Positions 50,782 to 60,817 of a stretch of DNA of 64,000 bases are shown here, in pieces; within the stretch, counting starts at the first letter, position 1, and each line of letters starts with the position of its first letter. Position numbers and translations under genes: made by a program. The notes below the pieces were generated by a model. The model saw only the letters and a program-made list of their open reading frames with translations. It was not told the origin of the DNA and did not search any database. The stretch is from Candidatus Cloacimonadota bacterium (GTDB lineage: Bacteria; Cloacimonadota; Cloacimonadia; G963667145), in assembly GCA_963667255.1 (NCBI GenBank), contig OY762940.1, forward strand, positions 32,001-96,000. Direction: 5' to 3'.

Positions 50782-51651
50782 CTATTTTTTACAATCAACC
50801 CTAATTTGAGCTATAATAATTCCTGTCAACATAAAAACGCAACCGATTAATTCTCTATCAGTTATGATTTCTCCCAAAATCAAAAATCCACCCAAAGCAG
50901 CAAATAATGTCTCAAAACTGAGAATAATCGCGGCCGAAGACGGCCCGACATTTTTCTGCCCTACTATCTGTAGCGTATAGGCAACTCCCACGGACATTAT
51001 GCCTCCGTAAAGCAAAGGGAAAATACACTCCCGAACAGCACTGAGAGAAAAGCTCTCTAAAAACAGCGACAGCACCAAACTCAAAACAGCACAGAACGAA
51101 TATTGCACCAAGCAAAACTCCAGAGATTCCACTTTCTGCAAAAAAATATCCACGCTGGCTACATGGAAGGCAAAAAAAATGGAACTGCAAAAAACCAAAA
51201 AATCTCCGAAATTTATCTCCCCGTCATAGCTACTCATACTCAGAAGATACAATCCCAAGAACGCAAGAAAACATCCAATCCAAACCTCTTTTCTCGCTCT
51301 CTGTCCCGTAAAAATCCCAATTATCGGCACCAAAACAACATACAATCCTGTGATAAAACCGGTCTTGCCCGTAGTGGTATATTGGATGCCTATTTGTTGC
51401 AGAGTCGCACCGGAAAACAAAAAGAACCCGCCAATCAATCCATAGGTCAAATTCAGTTTCCCCAAAAGATTTGCTTTCTTGCCCCAAAAATAATAGACCA
51501 CTGCCAAAAAAATCACACCCAGAGTAAAGCGAATCCCGTTAAAAGCAAAAGGAGACAAACTCTCTGTGCCGATTTTTTGAGCGACAAAGGCACTTCCCCA
51601 GATTAAAGCAGTAAGAAATAACAGACCTTGAGAAAAATATTTATTCAGCAT
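50782..51651 (-). CDS. DMT/EamA-family transporter
   Basis: ALIWGSAFVAQ, QQIGIQYTT, FITGLYVV, AYTLQ. Confidence 0.9.
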   Translation of the reverse strand: MLNKYFSQGLLFLTALIWGSAFVAQKIGTESLSPFAFNGIRFTLGVIFLAVVYYFWGKKANLLGKLNLTYGLIGGFFLFSGATLQQIGIQYTTTGKTGFITGLYVVLVPIIGIFTGQRARKEVWIGCFLAFLGLYLLSMSSYDGEINFGDFLVFCSSIFFAFHVASVDIFLQKVESLEFCLVQYSFCAVLSLVLSLFLESFSLSAVRECIFPLLYGGIMSVGVAYTLQIVGQKNVGPSSAAIILSFETLFAALGGFLILGEIITDRELIGCVFMLTGIIIAQIRVDCKK

Positions 51652-51672
51652 AAGACAACTTGCAATCTGCGA

Positions 51673-52584
51673 CTATCCGAGAATTTCGGCGTAAGTTTTA
51701 AAATGAGTTTTACAGATAAAGGGAAGTTTATCAGAAGAAAATTTGGAAATGAATTTTTTGGCATCTTTTTTCACCAGTGCCGACGCTCCCTTGTGCAGAG
51801 TAAAACCGCATTTGGAAGACAAATAATCCATCTGCCTCAAAAACTCCGCTCTTGCCAAAATGGAAGCAGCAGCAACCGCAGGGTCGTCCTCCGCCTTCTC
51901 TCTGAAAATACAGGAAATTTTTTTGAATTCGGCAGGTGCATAAGTATCCAACGCCCTCACAGAAGCAAATTTATCGATGACCGCACCCTCAAAATCTATC
52001 TGTTTTTGCAAATCCAAAACAGCCTTAGTGTGCAGCCAAATCATCATCTGATTTAGCTTTTGCCCTTTGTCTCTGAACTGCTGATAAATCCTATTGTAAT
52101 TCTTTGGTGCAACCCCGAAAACCTTGCAATTGTTGGGATACTCGTTATACAAAATCTTGGCAATCTTCAAAATCTTCCCGTCCTCAAGTTTTTTGCAATC
52201 GTCCACACCAATCTCTCGCAAATACGGCAACATAGCTTTTTCTACTACAAAACCAGCTATCACCAAAGGTCCGAAGAAATCTCCTTTCCCCGATTCGTCT
52301 GTCCCAAGCCACTTTGACCAGTCGTGAGAACCTGCTGAACTTTCTCTACTCAACCCGCAAATATCCTGCAAAATTGCAGACAATTCAGTGGTTTTTTGCC
52401 CACCCAAAACAAAAGATACACCTTTCTTTTGGGAAAAATAAACATTGAGGTTGTTCTTTTCGCTACCTTTTACAAAATGCAAAGCTACCCCATACGGGAT
52501 AGCTTTTTTTTGAACACATTCTATGTCGGAAAATTTGAGTGCCTTATTCAGAACAGAACTTACTGCATTCTCCAGCGATGTCAT
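51673..52584 (-). CDS. rnhC: Ribonuclease HIII
   Basis: GTDESGKGDFFGP, VDDCK, IDKF, VAAASILAR, KTHFKT. Confidence 0.9.
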   Translation of the reverse strand: MTSLENAVSSVLNKALKFSDIECVQKKAIPYGVALHFVKGSEKNNLNVYFSQKKGVSFVLGGQKTTELSAILQDICGLSRESSAGSHDWSKWLGTDESGKGDFFGPLVIAGFVVEKAMLPYLREIGVDDCKKLEDGKILKIAKILYNEYPNNCKVFGVAPKNYNRIYQQFRDKGQKLNQMMIWLHTKAVLDLQKQIDFEGAVIDKFASVRALDTYAPAEFKKISCIFREKAEDDPAVAAASILARAEFLRQMDYLSSKCGFTLHKGASALVKKDAKKFISKFSSDKLPFICKTHFKTYAEILG

Positions 52585-54158
52585 TTCTCTTTCTCATGAG
52601 TCTTCAAATATTCTTCGGCATTCTCAAACATTTTTTTCGTAGTCTCAGCATCTTTCAAAATCTCCAAAGACGCCTCTACATCCCTATCTATTTCAAAAAT
52701 CCTCTTTTGCGAAACATTTGCCGAGAACTTTCTCCTCAAAATATTCGATTCCAGATTAACCCTTATTTTGTCGTAAATCGCATCGACACCCGATTTATCA
52801 AAATCAATTTTCTGAGTATTCTTCACATATTTCAGGAAATCGACCATCGTTCTAGAATCGGCTGTAAAATCTTCGTCAATCTTATCGGGATTCTCGTTAA
52901 AATACTTAACAGAAAACTCAAAATAGGAGTTGTTGATGATGAAATCTTTTTCCAACTTACTCAAAGTATCTTGCTCAACCTCGATATCAGGCGTAATGCC
53001 ACCACCACCATAAACCTTTCGTCCGCCAAGAGTTTTGAAAGTATTGTCCTTGTTGTGCTTCTTATACTCTTTCATCTTCGCTTCGACAAACTCTTTGCTG
53101 ATACTATCCTTATAATTTTTGATAATGGTATCGTTAAACGAGTTGTGCACACAGCGACCGGACGGGATATAATATTTGGCAATCGTCATCTTGATGCCTT
53201 CAGTATTGGGCAAAGTATAGGTCTGTTGCACGGAACCTTTACCATAGGATTGAGTCCCGACTATCAGAGCCTTGTCATAATCTTGCAACACTCCGGCAAA
53301 AATCTCCGAAGCACTGGCAGAGCCACCGTTTACCAAGACAATAATCGGGACATCGCTGATAGAGGCAGGATAGTTGGAGTAATAATTTTTGGTAAATCCA
53401 GCATTCTTCCCCTTAGTGGTCAATAGCAACATCTCCTTGTCAATGAACTCATCCAAGATGGTCAGAGCCTCTTGCAAAAGCCCTCCGGGGTTGCTCCTGA
53501 GGTCTAAAATATATTTTGTAGCACCTTGCTCTTTCAGTTCGTTCAAAGCACCGATGAAATCTGTTGTCGTGTTGCCATTGAATTGGCGGAGCTTAATATA
53601 CCCGATACCATCAGCCAACAAAATTTTGTATGGCACACTGGATACATTGATGACAGCCCTCTCCAAATCAAACTCTTTGGTATGATTAAACCTCAACACG
53701 GTAACCTTCACTTTGGTGCCAGGCTTACCTTTCAGCAATTTAATCAATTCGTTGATATCCAAACCGACAACATCTTTTCCGTCCACTTTCACTATCTTGT
53801 CTCCGGACATCATTCCAGCTTTGGCAGCTGGAGAATCGTCTATCGGCTCAACAACGGTCACATATTCGCCCATAGTGGAAATAACTATCCCCAATCCACC
53901 GAAATGTCCGCTGGTTTGCTCAAAAAAACTCTTGAACTCCTTTGCTGTATAAAAAGCGGTATGAGGGTCAAGCTTTTCTATCATCCCCTTAATAGCACTA
54001 TTTACAAGCTCTCTCGTGGAAACTTCGCCATCATAGTCCTGACTAATGAGCTTAATCACCTGCATCAATGACTGAATATCTCTAAAATTTTCCTCTTCTG
54101 TCGCAAAAGCAAACAGTGGAGCAATCATCAATAATGTTAAAATCAGTATTTTTTTCAA
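52581..54158 (-). CDS. ctpA: C-terminal processing peptidase (S41A)
   Basis: LDPH, PDZ domain, DLRSNPGG, SASASEI, GKGSVQ, GGGITPD. Confidence 0.92.
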   Translation of the reverse strand: MKKILILTLLMIAPLFAFATEEENFRDIQSLMQVIKLISQDYDGEVSTRELVNSAIKGMIEKLDPHTAFYTAKEFKSFFEQTSGHFGGLGIVISTMGEYVTVVEPIDDSPAAKAGMMSGDKIVKVDGKDVVGLDINELIKLLKGKPGTKVKVTVLRFNHTKEFDLERAVINVSSVPYKILLADGIGYIKLRQFNGNTTTDFIGALNELKEQGATKYILDLRSNPGGLLQEALTILDEFIDKEMLLLTTKGKNAGFTKNYYSNYPASISDVPIIVLVNGGSASASEIFAGVLQDYDKALIVGTQSYGKGSVQQTYTLPNTEGIKMTIAKYYIPSGRCVHNSFNDTIIKNYKDSISKEFVEAKMKEYKKHNKDNTFKTLGGRKVYGGGGITPDIEVEQDTLSKLEKDFIINNSYFEFSVKYFNENPDKIDEDFTADSRTMVDFLKYVKNTQKIDFDKSGVDAIYDKIRVNLESNILRRKFSANVSQKRIFEIDRDVEASLEILKDAETTKKMFENAEEYLKTHEKEK

Positions 54159-54790
54159 TTTCCCTCCTTAAACTTTAAGGAAATTTCTTTTTTATTTTTC
54201 AAAAACCTCAAAACTCTCTGATGGATTTCGACAACAGGCAAATGCCCGTCCAACACAACTACTCGGTTCGGTTCTCTTGCAGCCAAGTCATCAAATCCGG
54301 CAATCAACTTCCGATGATACTCCGAACTCGCCAATTCAATCTTATCCTTCTCCTGACCTTGCAACCGCTTTTGCGATTCCTCAAAATCAATCCGCAAATA
54401 AAAAGTAACATCGGGCATCAAACTTCCCGTGCTAAAAGTGTTCAGCCAAATCACGCTCTCCCGTGACAAATCACCTGCAAAACTCTGATAAACCATTGAG
54501 GAGTCAATAAATCTATCGCATATCACTTGATAATCATCTTGTAATTTGGGCAAGATATATTTAGCACAATGTTCACTCCTCACCGCACTAAACAAGAGCA
54601 AAGCACTCTTATGGCTCAACTCAATATTCCTGTCGTGAAGCAAAATCTCTCTGATTTTTTCACCGAAAGCAAAACCACCCGGCTCTCTCGTCAAAAAACT
54701 CTTGATTTGCTTTTCCTGAAAATACTTATGCAAAAGAGAAGCCTGCGTGCTTTTACCACAAGCTTCTACTCCTTCAAAAGTTATAAACAT
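54155..54790 (-). CDS. tmk: Thymidylate kinase
   Basis: FITFEGVEACGKST, TREPGG, DRFIDSS.VYQ. Confidence 0.96.
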   Translation of the reverse strand: MFITFEGVEACGKSTQASLLHKYFQEKQIKSFLTREPGGFAFGEKIREILLHDRNIELSHKSALLLFSAVRSEHCAKYILPKLQDDYQVICDRFIDSSMVYQSFAGDLSRESVIWLNTFSTGSLMPDVTFYLRIDFEESQKRLQGQEKDKIELASSEYHRKLIAGFDDLAAREPNRVVVLDGHLPVVEIHQRVLRFLKNKKEISLKFKEGN

Positions 54791-54803
54791 AAATTATATG
54801 AAA

Positions 54804-55361
54804 TTAAACTGTCAAAATATCTTTTTCTTTGTTTTTGACAGCAACATCGACCTTTTTCGCCCAATCGTCAGTCAAAGATTGAACATCAGCAAGCAAACTC
54901 TTGCAATCGTCCTCGGAAATATCTCCTGCTTTCTCCATCTTCTTCGCACTGTCGTTGGCATCGCGTCTGATGTTACGAAGAGCAATCTTGCAATTTTCGC
55001 CTTTCTTCTTAACATCCTTAACTATCTCCAATCTCTTCTCTTGCGTAAGAGGAGGAAAAGGCAATCTAATCACAATTCCGTCATTTTCGGGAGTTATGCC
55101 GAGATTGAACGACAAAATAGATTTCTCTATCTCCTTGAGCGTAGATTTGTCCCAAGGCTGCAAAACTATCATTCTGGCTTCAGGCACGGAAATCTTGCAC
55201 ATTTGTTTGAGAGGCGTAGGCTGTCCGTAATAATCAACCATCACCTTATCCAGCACACCGGCGTTCGCTTTGCCAGCAACTATCCTGCTGTAATCGTCCA
55301 ACAAACCATTAAAAGTATCGTTCATCTTTTTGGAGGCATTGTCCAAAGTCTCTTTCATCAT
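54804..55361 (-). CDS. frr: Ribosome recycling factor
   Basis: VDYYG.PTPL, QPWD, PPLTQEKR, RNIRRDAND. Confidence 0.97.
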   Translation of the reverse strand: MMKETLDNASKKMNDTFNGLLDDYSRIVAGKANAGVLDKVMVDYYGQPTPLKQMCKISVPEARMIVLQPWDKSTLKEIEKSILSFNLGITPENDGIVIRLPFPPLTQEKRLEIVKDVKKKGENCKIALRNIRRDANDSAKKMEKAGDISEDDCKSLLADVQSLTDDWAKKVDVAVKNKEKDILTV

Positions 55362-55372
55362 ATCTCAACTCC

Positions 55373-56074
55373 TTAATCAGTAACCACAGTGCCAATGCTT
55401 TGATCCAGCACCACTTTCTTCAGATTTCCCTTTTTACTCACATCAAAAACCACAATTTTTTTGTTATGCTCTTTGGCGAGAGCAAAAGCCGTCGCATCCA
55501 TTATCCGCAAGTTTTTTTGCAAAGCCTCTTCGTAGCCCAATTTCGTGTAAAGTTTGGCATCGGCAAATTTGTTCGGGTCCTTGTCATAAACACCGGAAAC
55601 ATTCGTCCCTTTTATCAGAAAATCACACTTCGTTTCGATAGCCCTCAAGACTCCCGCTGTATCCGTAGTGAAATAAGGATTGCCCACTCCTCCGGCAAAA
55701 AAACAGATGTTGCCGTCAGTCAGAGCGGACTCAGCAGAGAGCGGAGAGTAAGATTCGCAAACATATGGCATACGAACAATCGAAAAGACACGCACTTTCC
55801 CGTAGCCCTTGTTCCTAATCACACCGCTGACCATCAAGGCATTTTGAATAGTGGCAAGCATCCCGATATTGTCTCCGGTAGGCTGATCAATCCCAACTTT
55901 TCCCGAACCAATCCCACGGAAAAGGTTGCCTCCCCCTATAACGACAGCGAGTTCTACCCCCGCTTGGTGAATCTCAATAATTTCATCAGAAATTCGATTT
56001 AAAATTTCTTCATCGAAACCCTTTCTGGCACTTCCTGCCAAAAATTCTCCACTAAGCTTGAGTAGAACCCGCAT
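55373..56074 (-). CDS. pyrH: UMP kinase
   Basis: LKLSGE, GGGNLFRG, GNPYFTTDT, GVYDKDP, MDATAF. Confidence 0.97.
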   Translation of the reverse strand: MRVLLKLSGEFLAGSARKGFDEEILNRISDEIIEIHQAGVELAVVIGGGNLFRGIGSGKVGIDQPTGDNIGMLATIQNALMVSGVIRNKGYGKVRVFSIVRMPYVCESYSPLSAESALTDGNICFFAGGVGNPYFTTDTAGVLRAIETKCDFLIKGTNVSGVYDKDPNKFADAKLYTKLGYEEALQKNLRIMDATAFALAKEHNKKIVVFDVSKKGNLKKVVLDQSIGTVVTD

Positions 56075-56103
56075 AAAATCTCTCCTATTCTAAAAGAGAA
56101 CTA

Positions 56104-56697
56104 TTATTCTCCCAAAGCAAATCTAACAAATCTACTGATTTTGATATTCTCTCCGAGTTTAGCTATCACTTCCGTAATCAAATCAGAAATTTTTTTGTCA
56201 GGGTCTTTCACAAATTCTTGCTCCAATAAAGTGTTTTGCTTGATATATTTTGCAATCTGACCGTCAACAATCTTCTCTACGATTTTCTCTGGTTTGCCCT
56301 CATTGAGAGCCTTTTGAGTATAAATCTCTCTCTCTTTAGCCAACAAATCTTGGTCTAATTCCTCGGAACTAACAGCCAAAGGATTAGAAGCGGCAATGTG
56401 CATACAAATGTCTTTGCACAAATTTACAAAGTCATCGGTCTTAGCCACGAAATCGGTCTCACAGCTCATCTCCAAAAGAACACCAAGTTTATTGTTGGAA
56501 TGAATGTAAGAGTAAACAAGCCCTTCGTTGGTGTCTCTTTCAGCTTTGCTTTCAGCCTTTGCTATACCTTTTTCGCGTAAATATTTGATAGCCGCATCTA
56601 TGTCGCCGTCACACTTGGTCAAAGCCTTTTTGCAATCCATCATACCCACGCCAGTTCTCTTTCTGAGGTCCATCACCTCTTTGGCACTAATTGACAT
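56104..56697 (-). CDS. tsf: Elongation factor Ts (short, 197 aa)
   Basis: LRKRTGVGMMDCKKAL, ETDFVA, GKPEKIVEKI. Confidence 0.97.
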   Translation of the reverse strand: MSISAKEVMDLRKRTGVGMMDCKKALTKCDGDIDAAIKYLREKGIAKAESKAERDTNEGLVYSYIHSNNKLGVLLEMSCETDFVAKTDDFVNLCKDICMHIAASNPLAVSSEELDQDLLAKEREIYTQKALNEGKPEKIVEKIVDGQIAKYIKQNTLLEQEFVKDPDKKISDLITEVIAKLGENIKISRFVRFALGE

Positions 56698-56712
56698 TAT
56701 ATTACTCCTAAA

Positions 56713-57525
56713 CTATTCAACGGAAACATTCTCCTCTGCTTCCTCATCTATCTCTTCACTTTCTTCGTCGAACTCTTCCAAACCCTCAAAATCTTGAGAA
56801 TCTTGGACATCATCCTTTTGCTCTATTCCTTCGCCTTCAGTCAAAATCTTGGCACCTTCCAATACAGCTTCAGCCAAAGTGTCAAAAATAAGACTTACCG
56901 CTCTGATAGCGTCATCGTTGGAAGGAATAGGATAATCTATCATATCGGGGTCGGAATTGGTATCCACCAAAGCAACGATAGGAATATTTTTCTTCAAAGC
57001 CTCTTTGATGGCGATGTCGTCGTTGTTGGTGTCGGAAATCACAACTACACCTGGCAAACGGTCCATTTTACGAACTCCGCCCAAAGATTTGAGCTTCTTG
57101 TCGTATTTCTTTTGCATCTTGCCCACTTCAAACTTGGTGTAATTGTTGATAGAGCCGTCTTCCATCATAGAATCGAACTTGTCCAACTCTCTGATGCTCT
57201 TCCTAATCGTATTCATATTGGTAAGCATACCACCAAGCCATCTAGAGTTCACATAAAAAGCTCCGCACTTATCGGCAGCCTCTTTCACGGAATCTTTAGC
57301 TTGCTTTTTGGTGCCCACAAAAAGAACAGGTTCGCCTTTCCGAGCAACACCTTTCACAAATTCGTAAGCCTCTTCGATTTTACTAACTGTTTGACCAAGG
57401 TCAAGAATGTGGATCCCGTTTCTCTTGATGAAAATAAATTTCTTCATCTTAGGATTCCACTTATGAGTTTGGTGACCAAAGTGAACTCCAGCCTCCAATA
57501 ATTGTTTCATAGATACAACTGACAT
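56713..57525 (-). CDS. rpsB: 30S ribosomal protein S2
   Basis: EAGVHFGHQ..WNPKM, FVGTKKQA, RWLGGMLTN, NDDAIR. Confidence 0.98.
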   Translation of the reverse strand: MSVVSMKQLLEAGVHFGHQTHKWNPKMKKFIFIKRNGIHILDLGQTVSKIEEAYEFVKGVARKGEPVLFVGTKKQAKDSVKEAADKCGAFYVNSRWLGGMLTNMNTIRKSIRELDKFDSMMEDGSINNYTKFEVGKMQKKYDKKLKSLGGVRKMDRLPGVVVISDTNNDDIAIKEALKKNIPIVALVDTNSDPDMIDYPIPSNDDAIRAVSLIFDTLAEAVLEGAKILTEGEGIEQKDDVQDSQDFEGLEEFDEESEEIDEEAEENVSVE

Positions 57526-57534
57526 ATCATTGTC

Positions 57535-57645
57535 TCCTTATTTGCGGTTACTATTCCGTCTCATTCCAGGCGACATCCTGCTGACTTTGAAAATCTTCAT
57601 CAAAGCACCGCTCAAGATGCACATTGCCAATAGCGAAACGGATAT
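57535..57645 (-). promoter_or_regulatory. Putative S2 autoregulatory leader
   Basis: GC-richer structured spacer before rpsB (tccgtttc...cggtgc...ggatg...gagacgga..taacc). Resemblance judged by eye only. Confidence 0.45.
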
Positions 57646-57655
57646 TTTCAATAAA

Positions 57656-58042
57656 TTATCTCTTGGAAAATTGCGGTTTTTTACGAGCTTTCGGTCTACC
57701 AACAACTTTTCTCTCTACGATACGGGAATCTCTGGTCAACAAACCATCTTTTTTGAGAGAACCTCGTAAAGCGTCATCATACTCCAAAAGTGCCTTGGCA
57801 ACAGCCAATTTCAAAGCATCAGCTTGAGCAGATTTTCCTCCACCCTTCACAGTAGCCTTAATATCGAACTTTTCGGCAAGCTCCACCAATTGCAACGGTT
57901 GCTCTATCTTTTGTAATAAAATATCTCTCTCAAAATAGTCTTTCATATTTAGGTCGTTGACTATTCTTTTGCCGGTACCCAGAGAAATTCTCACTTTACC
58001 AATAGCTGTCTTGCGTCTTCCAACTGCATCGAAATATTGCAT
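57656..58042 (-). CDS. rpsI: 30S ribosomal protein S9
   Basis: GRRKTA, GGGKSAQA, LLTRDSR.VERK, QFSKR. Confidence 0.98.
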   Translation of the reverse strand: MQYFDAVGRRKTAIGKVRISLGTGKRIVNDLNMKDYFERDILLQKIEQPLQLVELAEKFDIKATVKGGGKSAQADALKLAVAKALLEYDDALRGSLKKDGLLTRDSRIVERKVVGRPKARKKPQFSKR

Positions 58043-58051
58043 AAAATCTCC

Positions 58052-58480
58052 TTAAACCTCTAAATCCTGTGGATTTTGTGCTGAATGAGGATGCTCACTG
58101 CCTGCGTAAACTTTCAACTTAGTAAGCATTTTCCTACCCAAAGGACCTTTGGGCAACATTCCTTTTACAGCATGAATAATAATTTGCTCCGGTGTCTCCT
58201 GAAGCATTCTCTTGAATGACTTTTCTTTAAGACCACTTTGATAACCACTGTAAGTCTTGTAAACTTTGCTATCTGCCTTACTACCGGTCAATCTGATCTT
58301 TTCGGCATTCACTACCACAACGAAATCGCCCGTGTCCAGATTCGGAATAAAATAAGGTTTGTGCTTCCCTCTGAGTATAGAGGCAATTTTGGTAGATATT
58401 CTCCCCAAAACCTTATCCGTTGCATCCACCTTGAACCAAACTCTCTCGATGTCACTCATCTTTGGTGATACGGTTTTCAT
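58052..58480 (-). CDS. rplM: 50S ribosomal protein L13
   Basis: LGR, LRGKHKP, GDFVVVVNAEK, KGMLPK, HPHSAQ. Confidence 0.98.
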   Translation of the reverse strand: MKTVSPKMSDIERVWFKVDATDKVLGRISTKIASILRGKHKPYFIPNLDTGDFVVVVNAEKIRLTGSKADSKVYKTYSGYQSGLKEKSFKRMLQETPEQIIIHAVKGMLPKGPLGRKMLTKLKVYAGSEHPHSAQNPQDLEV

Positions 58481-58761
58481 CTTTTATTTTCTCCTTAAAA
58501 AAACGCGTTGTAAATTTCTATATCGTCTTCATAATAATTCCAAGCCACACCTTTCGGGACTATACGGCACAGCCATGAGTAGCAAAAGAAAAATAGACGG
58601 ATAAAATGTCAAATACTTTTATCTGTGTGATAGTTACAACTTTTTGAGTTGACATTTTCTTCTTTGGAAATCATTTGGGGAAAATTGAATAAAATACTAA
58701 ATTGTATCGCAAGGTCTCTGGCTGGCAGTAAAGTAAAAAAGAGAAAGAAGAGGATTAGAGA

Positions 58762-59361
58762 ATGGGAAAATGGATTGTAATTATTGTCTTAACTTTGGGG
58801 ATTGGTTTTATTTCTTACAAATATATCAAAAAAAATAAAGAGAAAAAGGAAGCACAAGTCTCTTATTATTTTAAATCAAAAGCGATTAAGGCCGATATAT
58901 TTAAAGTTGTTGTAGATAAAAACGCTATTGACGACTGGTCTATGTTGAATAATATAAAAAGGACTGCTTTTACTTTTGACCTCCAAGACTTCTTCATCCA
59001 AGAAAGACCTATTCTCTTCGTAGGGAATATAGTTGATATTTACAATAAAAAAGACAAAAGAATTGTTGTTATGGAATTGTCTAGTTATTATGGTGTGCGT
59101 CCTTTAGATTATTATTACCAAGTTTTGCTTTATTTAGAGATAGAGAAGAAAAGTTTGGATGTTTTTTTAAAAACAATAAATTTAGATAATATAGAAAAGT
59201 TAGAGACACTTGATTTCGACAATAGAAATTTTGTTGCCATAGCTTTTGTAAAATCCATAGAAAGATTCGAAACACAATTAAAAATTATTGGGTCTTTGGA
59301 ATATCTTAGGATGGTTGGGTCAATGGGGGTTGATGATTTTATAAAAGGGGTAGGATATTAA
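58762..59361 (+). CDS. Hypothetical protein with N-terminal TM anchor
   Basis: Open 199-aa frame, purine-rich upstream region, hydrophobic N-terminus. Confidence 0.65.
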   Translation: MGKWIVIIVLTLGIGFISYKYIKKNKEKKEAQVSYYFKSKAIKADIFKVVVDKNAIDDWSMLNNIKRTAFTFDLQDFFIQERPILFVGNIVDIYNKKDKRIVVMELSSYYGVRPLDYYYQVLLYLEIEKKSLDVFLKTINLDNIEKLETLDFDNRNFVAIAFVKSIERFETQLKIIGSLEYLRMVGSMGVDDFIKGVGY

Positions 59362-59382
59362 GGTTTCTTTGGAGTAAAGGAT

Positions 59383-59697
59383 ATGAGATTAGCACATAAA
59401 AATATAATTTGTTTAGTTTTGGCGATTCTATTTTTGGGTTGTCTTTTTAAGATGCCATATTTTTATTATACAATTGTGAGGGTGTTTGGATTTGTAGGAT
59501 TTGGAATTTTGGCTTACAAAGAGATTGGAAGAAACGGAGTTTGGTTGTTTTTTTGGTCTTCTTCGGCTGTTCTTACGAACCCTTTTGTTAAAATATCGCT
59601 TTCGAGTAGATTTGCTTGGAATGTTGTCGATGTGTTGTGGGCTATAATGTTGTTAATTTATGTCTTGTTAGGTATGAAATTAGGGAGGAAGAATTAA
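59383..59697 (+). CDS. Small membrane protein (DUF6804-like)
   Basis: MPYFYYTIVR, NPF, WNVVDV pattern. Confidence 0.7.
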   Translation: MRLAHKNIICLVLAILFLGCLFKMPYFYYTIVRVFGFVGFGILAYKEIGRNGVWLFFWSSSAVLTNPFVKISLSSRFAWNVVDVLWAIMLLIYVLLGMKLGRKN

Positions 59698-59698
59698 T

Positions 59699-60204
59699 AT
59701 GAAAAATATAGCGTTTTTTTCGTGTTGATAATTTCTTTTTTCTTTGGTGGATGTGCAATAAATCATACTACTGTCCCATATAGCGAGAGAAAATATGAGG
59801 TGGTTTATGATGTTCATTTGAAAAAAAACAAAATTTATAGTAAATCTATTGAGTGGATTGTGAGAAATTATAAAAATGCAAATCAAAGAACATTACCCTA
59901 TGACAATGAAAAAAACGGGAAAATTGTGGCAAAGGCTTCCTCTTCTTATTATTCTTTTCTGTATACGCGTTATATAAATTATGATTACACTTTAGTAATT
60001 TCCATAAAAGAGAACAAAATTAAAGTTTTGGGAGAGCATTTTGTAGGACACCTCCTCTATTCTGACCAAAAAACTGGCGCAACTTATGATAGGGAATTTG
60101 AAGTTTGGGAGTCAAAAGATATTTTAGAAATTAAGTCTAATTTAGCAGTTCTTTTTGATGAATTGTATTATTTTTTAGAGTATAACAAAGGTGATGATTT
60201 TTAG
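59699..60204 (+). pseudogene. Lipoprotein (DUF4468-like) whose signal peptide is frameshifted at a T7 run
   Basis: RBS ggagga + ATG 59699 reads MKNIAFFSC*. One more T at 59714-59720 gives MKNIAFFFVLIISFFFGGC, in frame with track ORF 59722-60204. Confidence 0.6.
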
Positions 60205-60360
60205 AAAAATAGCATTTTTTTCTGTCTAACGAATTGGTTGACGGCGAATTGCTCGTTGATTTGTTTGAAAAGAATGAATTGGGTCTCAAACCAAAAACAA
60301 TTTACGAAATCGACAAAGATTTCTTTAAAGATTTTATGGAATAATAAAGAAGGAATAAAA

Positions 60361-60816
60361 ATGTTTGATAAAAACCTTTGGCTTTTTTTGGTAGTGATGA
60401 CATCTATAAACGGTGTCGTTTGGTATTTTCGCTCAAAGAAATACATAAAAGCAAACCCTGAGCTAAAACAAGGATACAACCGACTCATTAGAGGATTTTT
60501 CATTTATTGCAATCTTCCATGGCTCTTGATAGCGATATTCAGACATGCGGGTTTAATCCAAAACTCTTTCGATTTGGCGAAACCTCATAACTACCAAACC
60601 GGTGTCATCATTTGGCATATTGTTGTTTCCTTCTTGGTAATTGCAGGGACATACTGGATTTTTTCACTGAAAGGAGCTGAAATACTTTGCAGCCATCCGG
60701 GTCTATTTGAAAACACCTTCAACAACAAGAACAACATCACTGTGGAGATAATCAAAAAATTTTGGCTCGTTGTTGTTCTCTCTGCTTTCATAGTTGAGCT
60801 TACACTTTGGGTTTAG
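60361..60816 (+). CDS. Hypothetical membrane protein
   Basis: ATG 60361 with RBS aagga; four hydrophobic segments (track start 60238 is probably too long). Confidence 0.65.
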   Translation: MFDKNLWLFLVVMTSINGVVWYFRSKKYIKANPELKQGYNRLIRGFFIYCNLPWLLIAIFRHAGLIQNSFDLAKPHNYQTGVIIWHIVVSFLVIAGTYWIFSLKGAEILCSHPGLFENTFNNKNNITVEIIKKFWLVVVLSAFIVELTLWV

Positions 60817-60817
60817 G

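Noticed and set aside
60277..60286. aattgggtct matching part of the IS256-like TIR
   Set aside because: Only 10 nt, with no partner end or TSD; likely chance.
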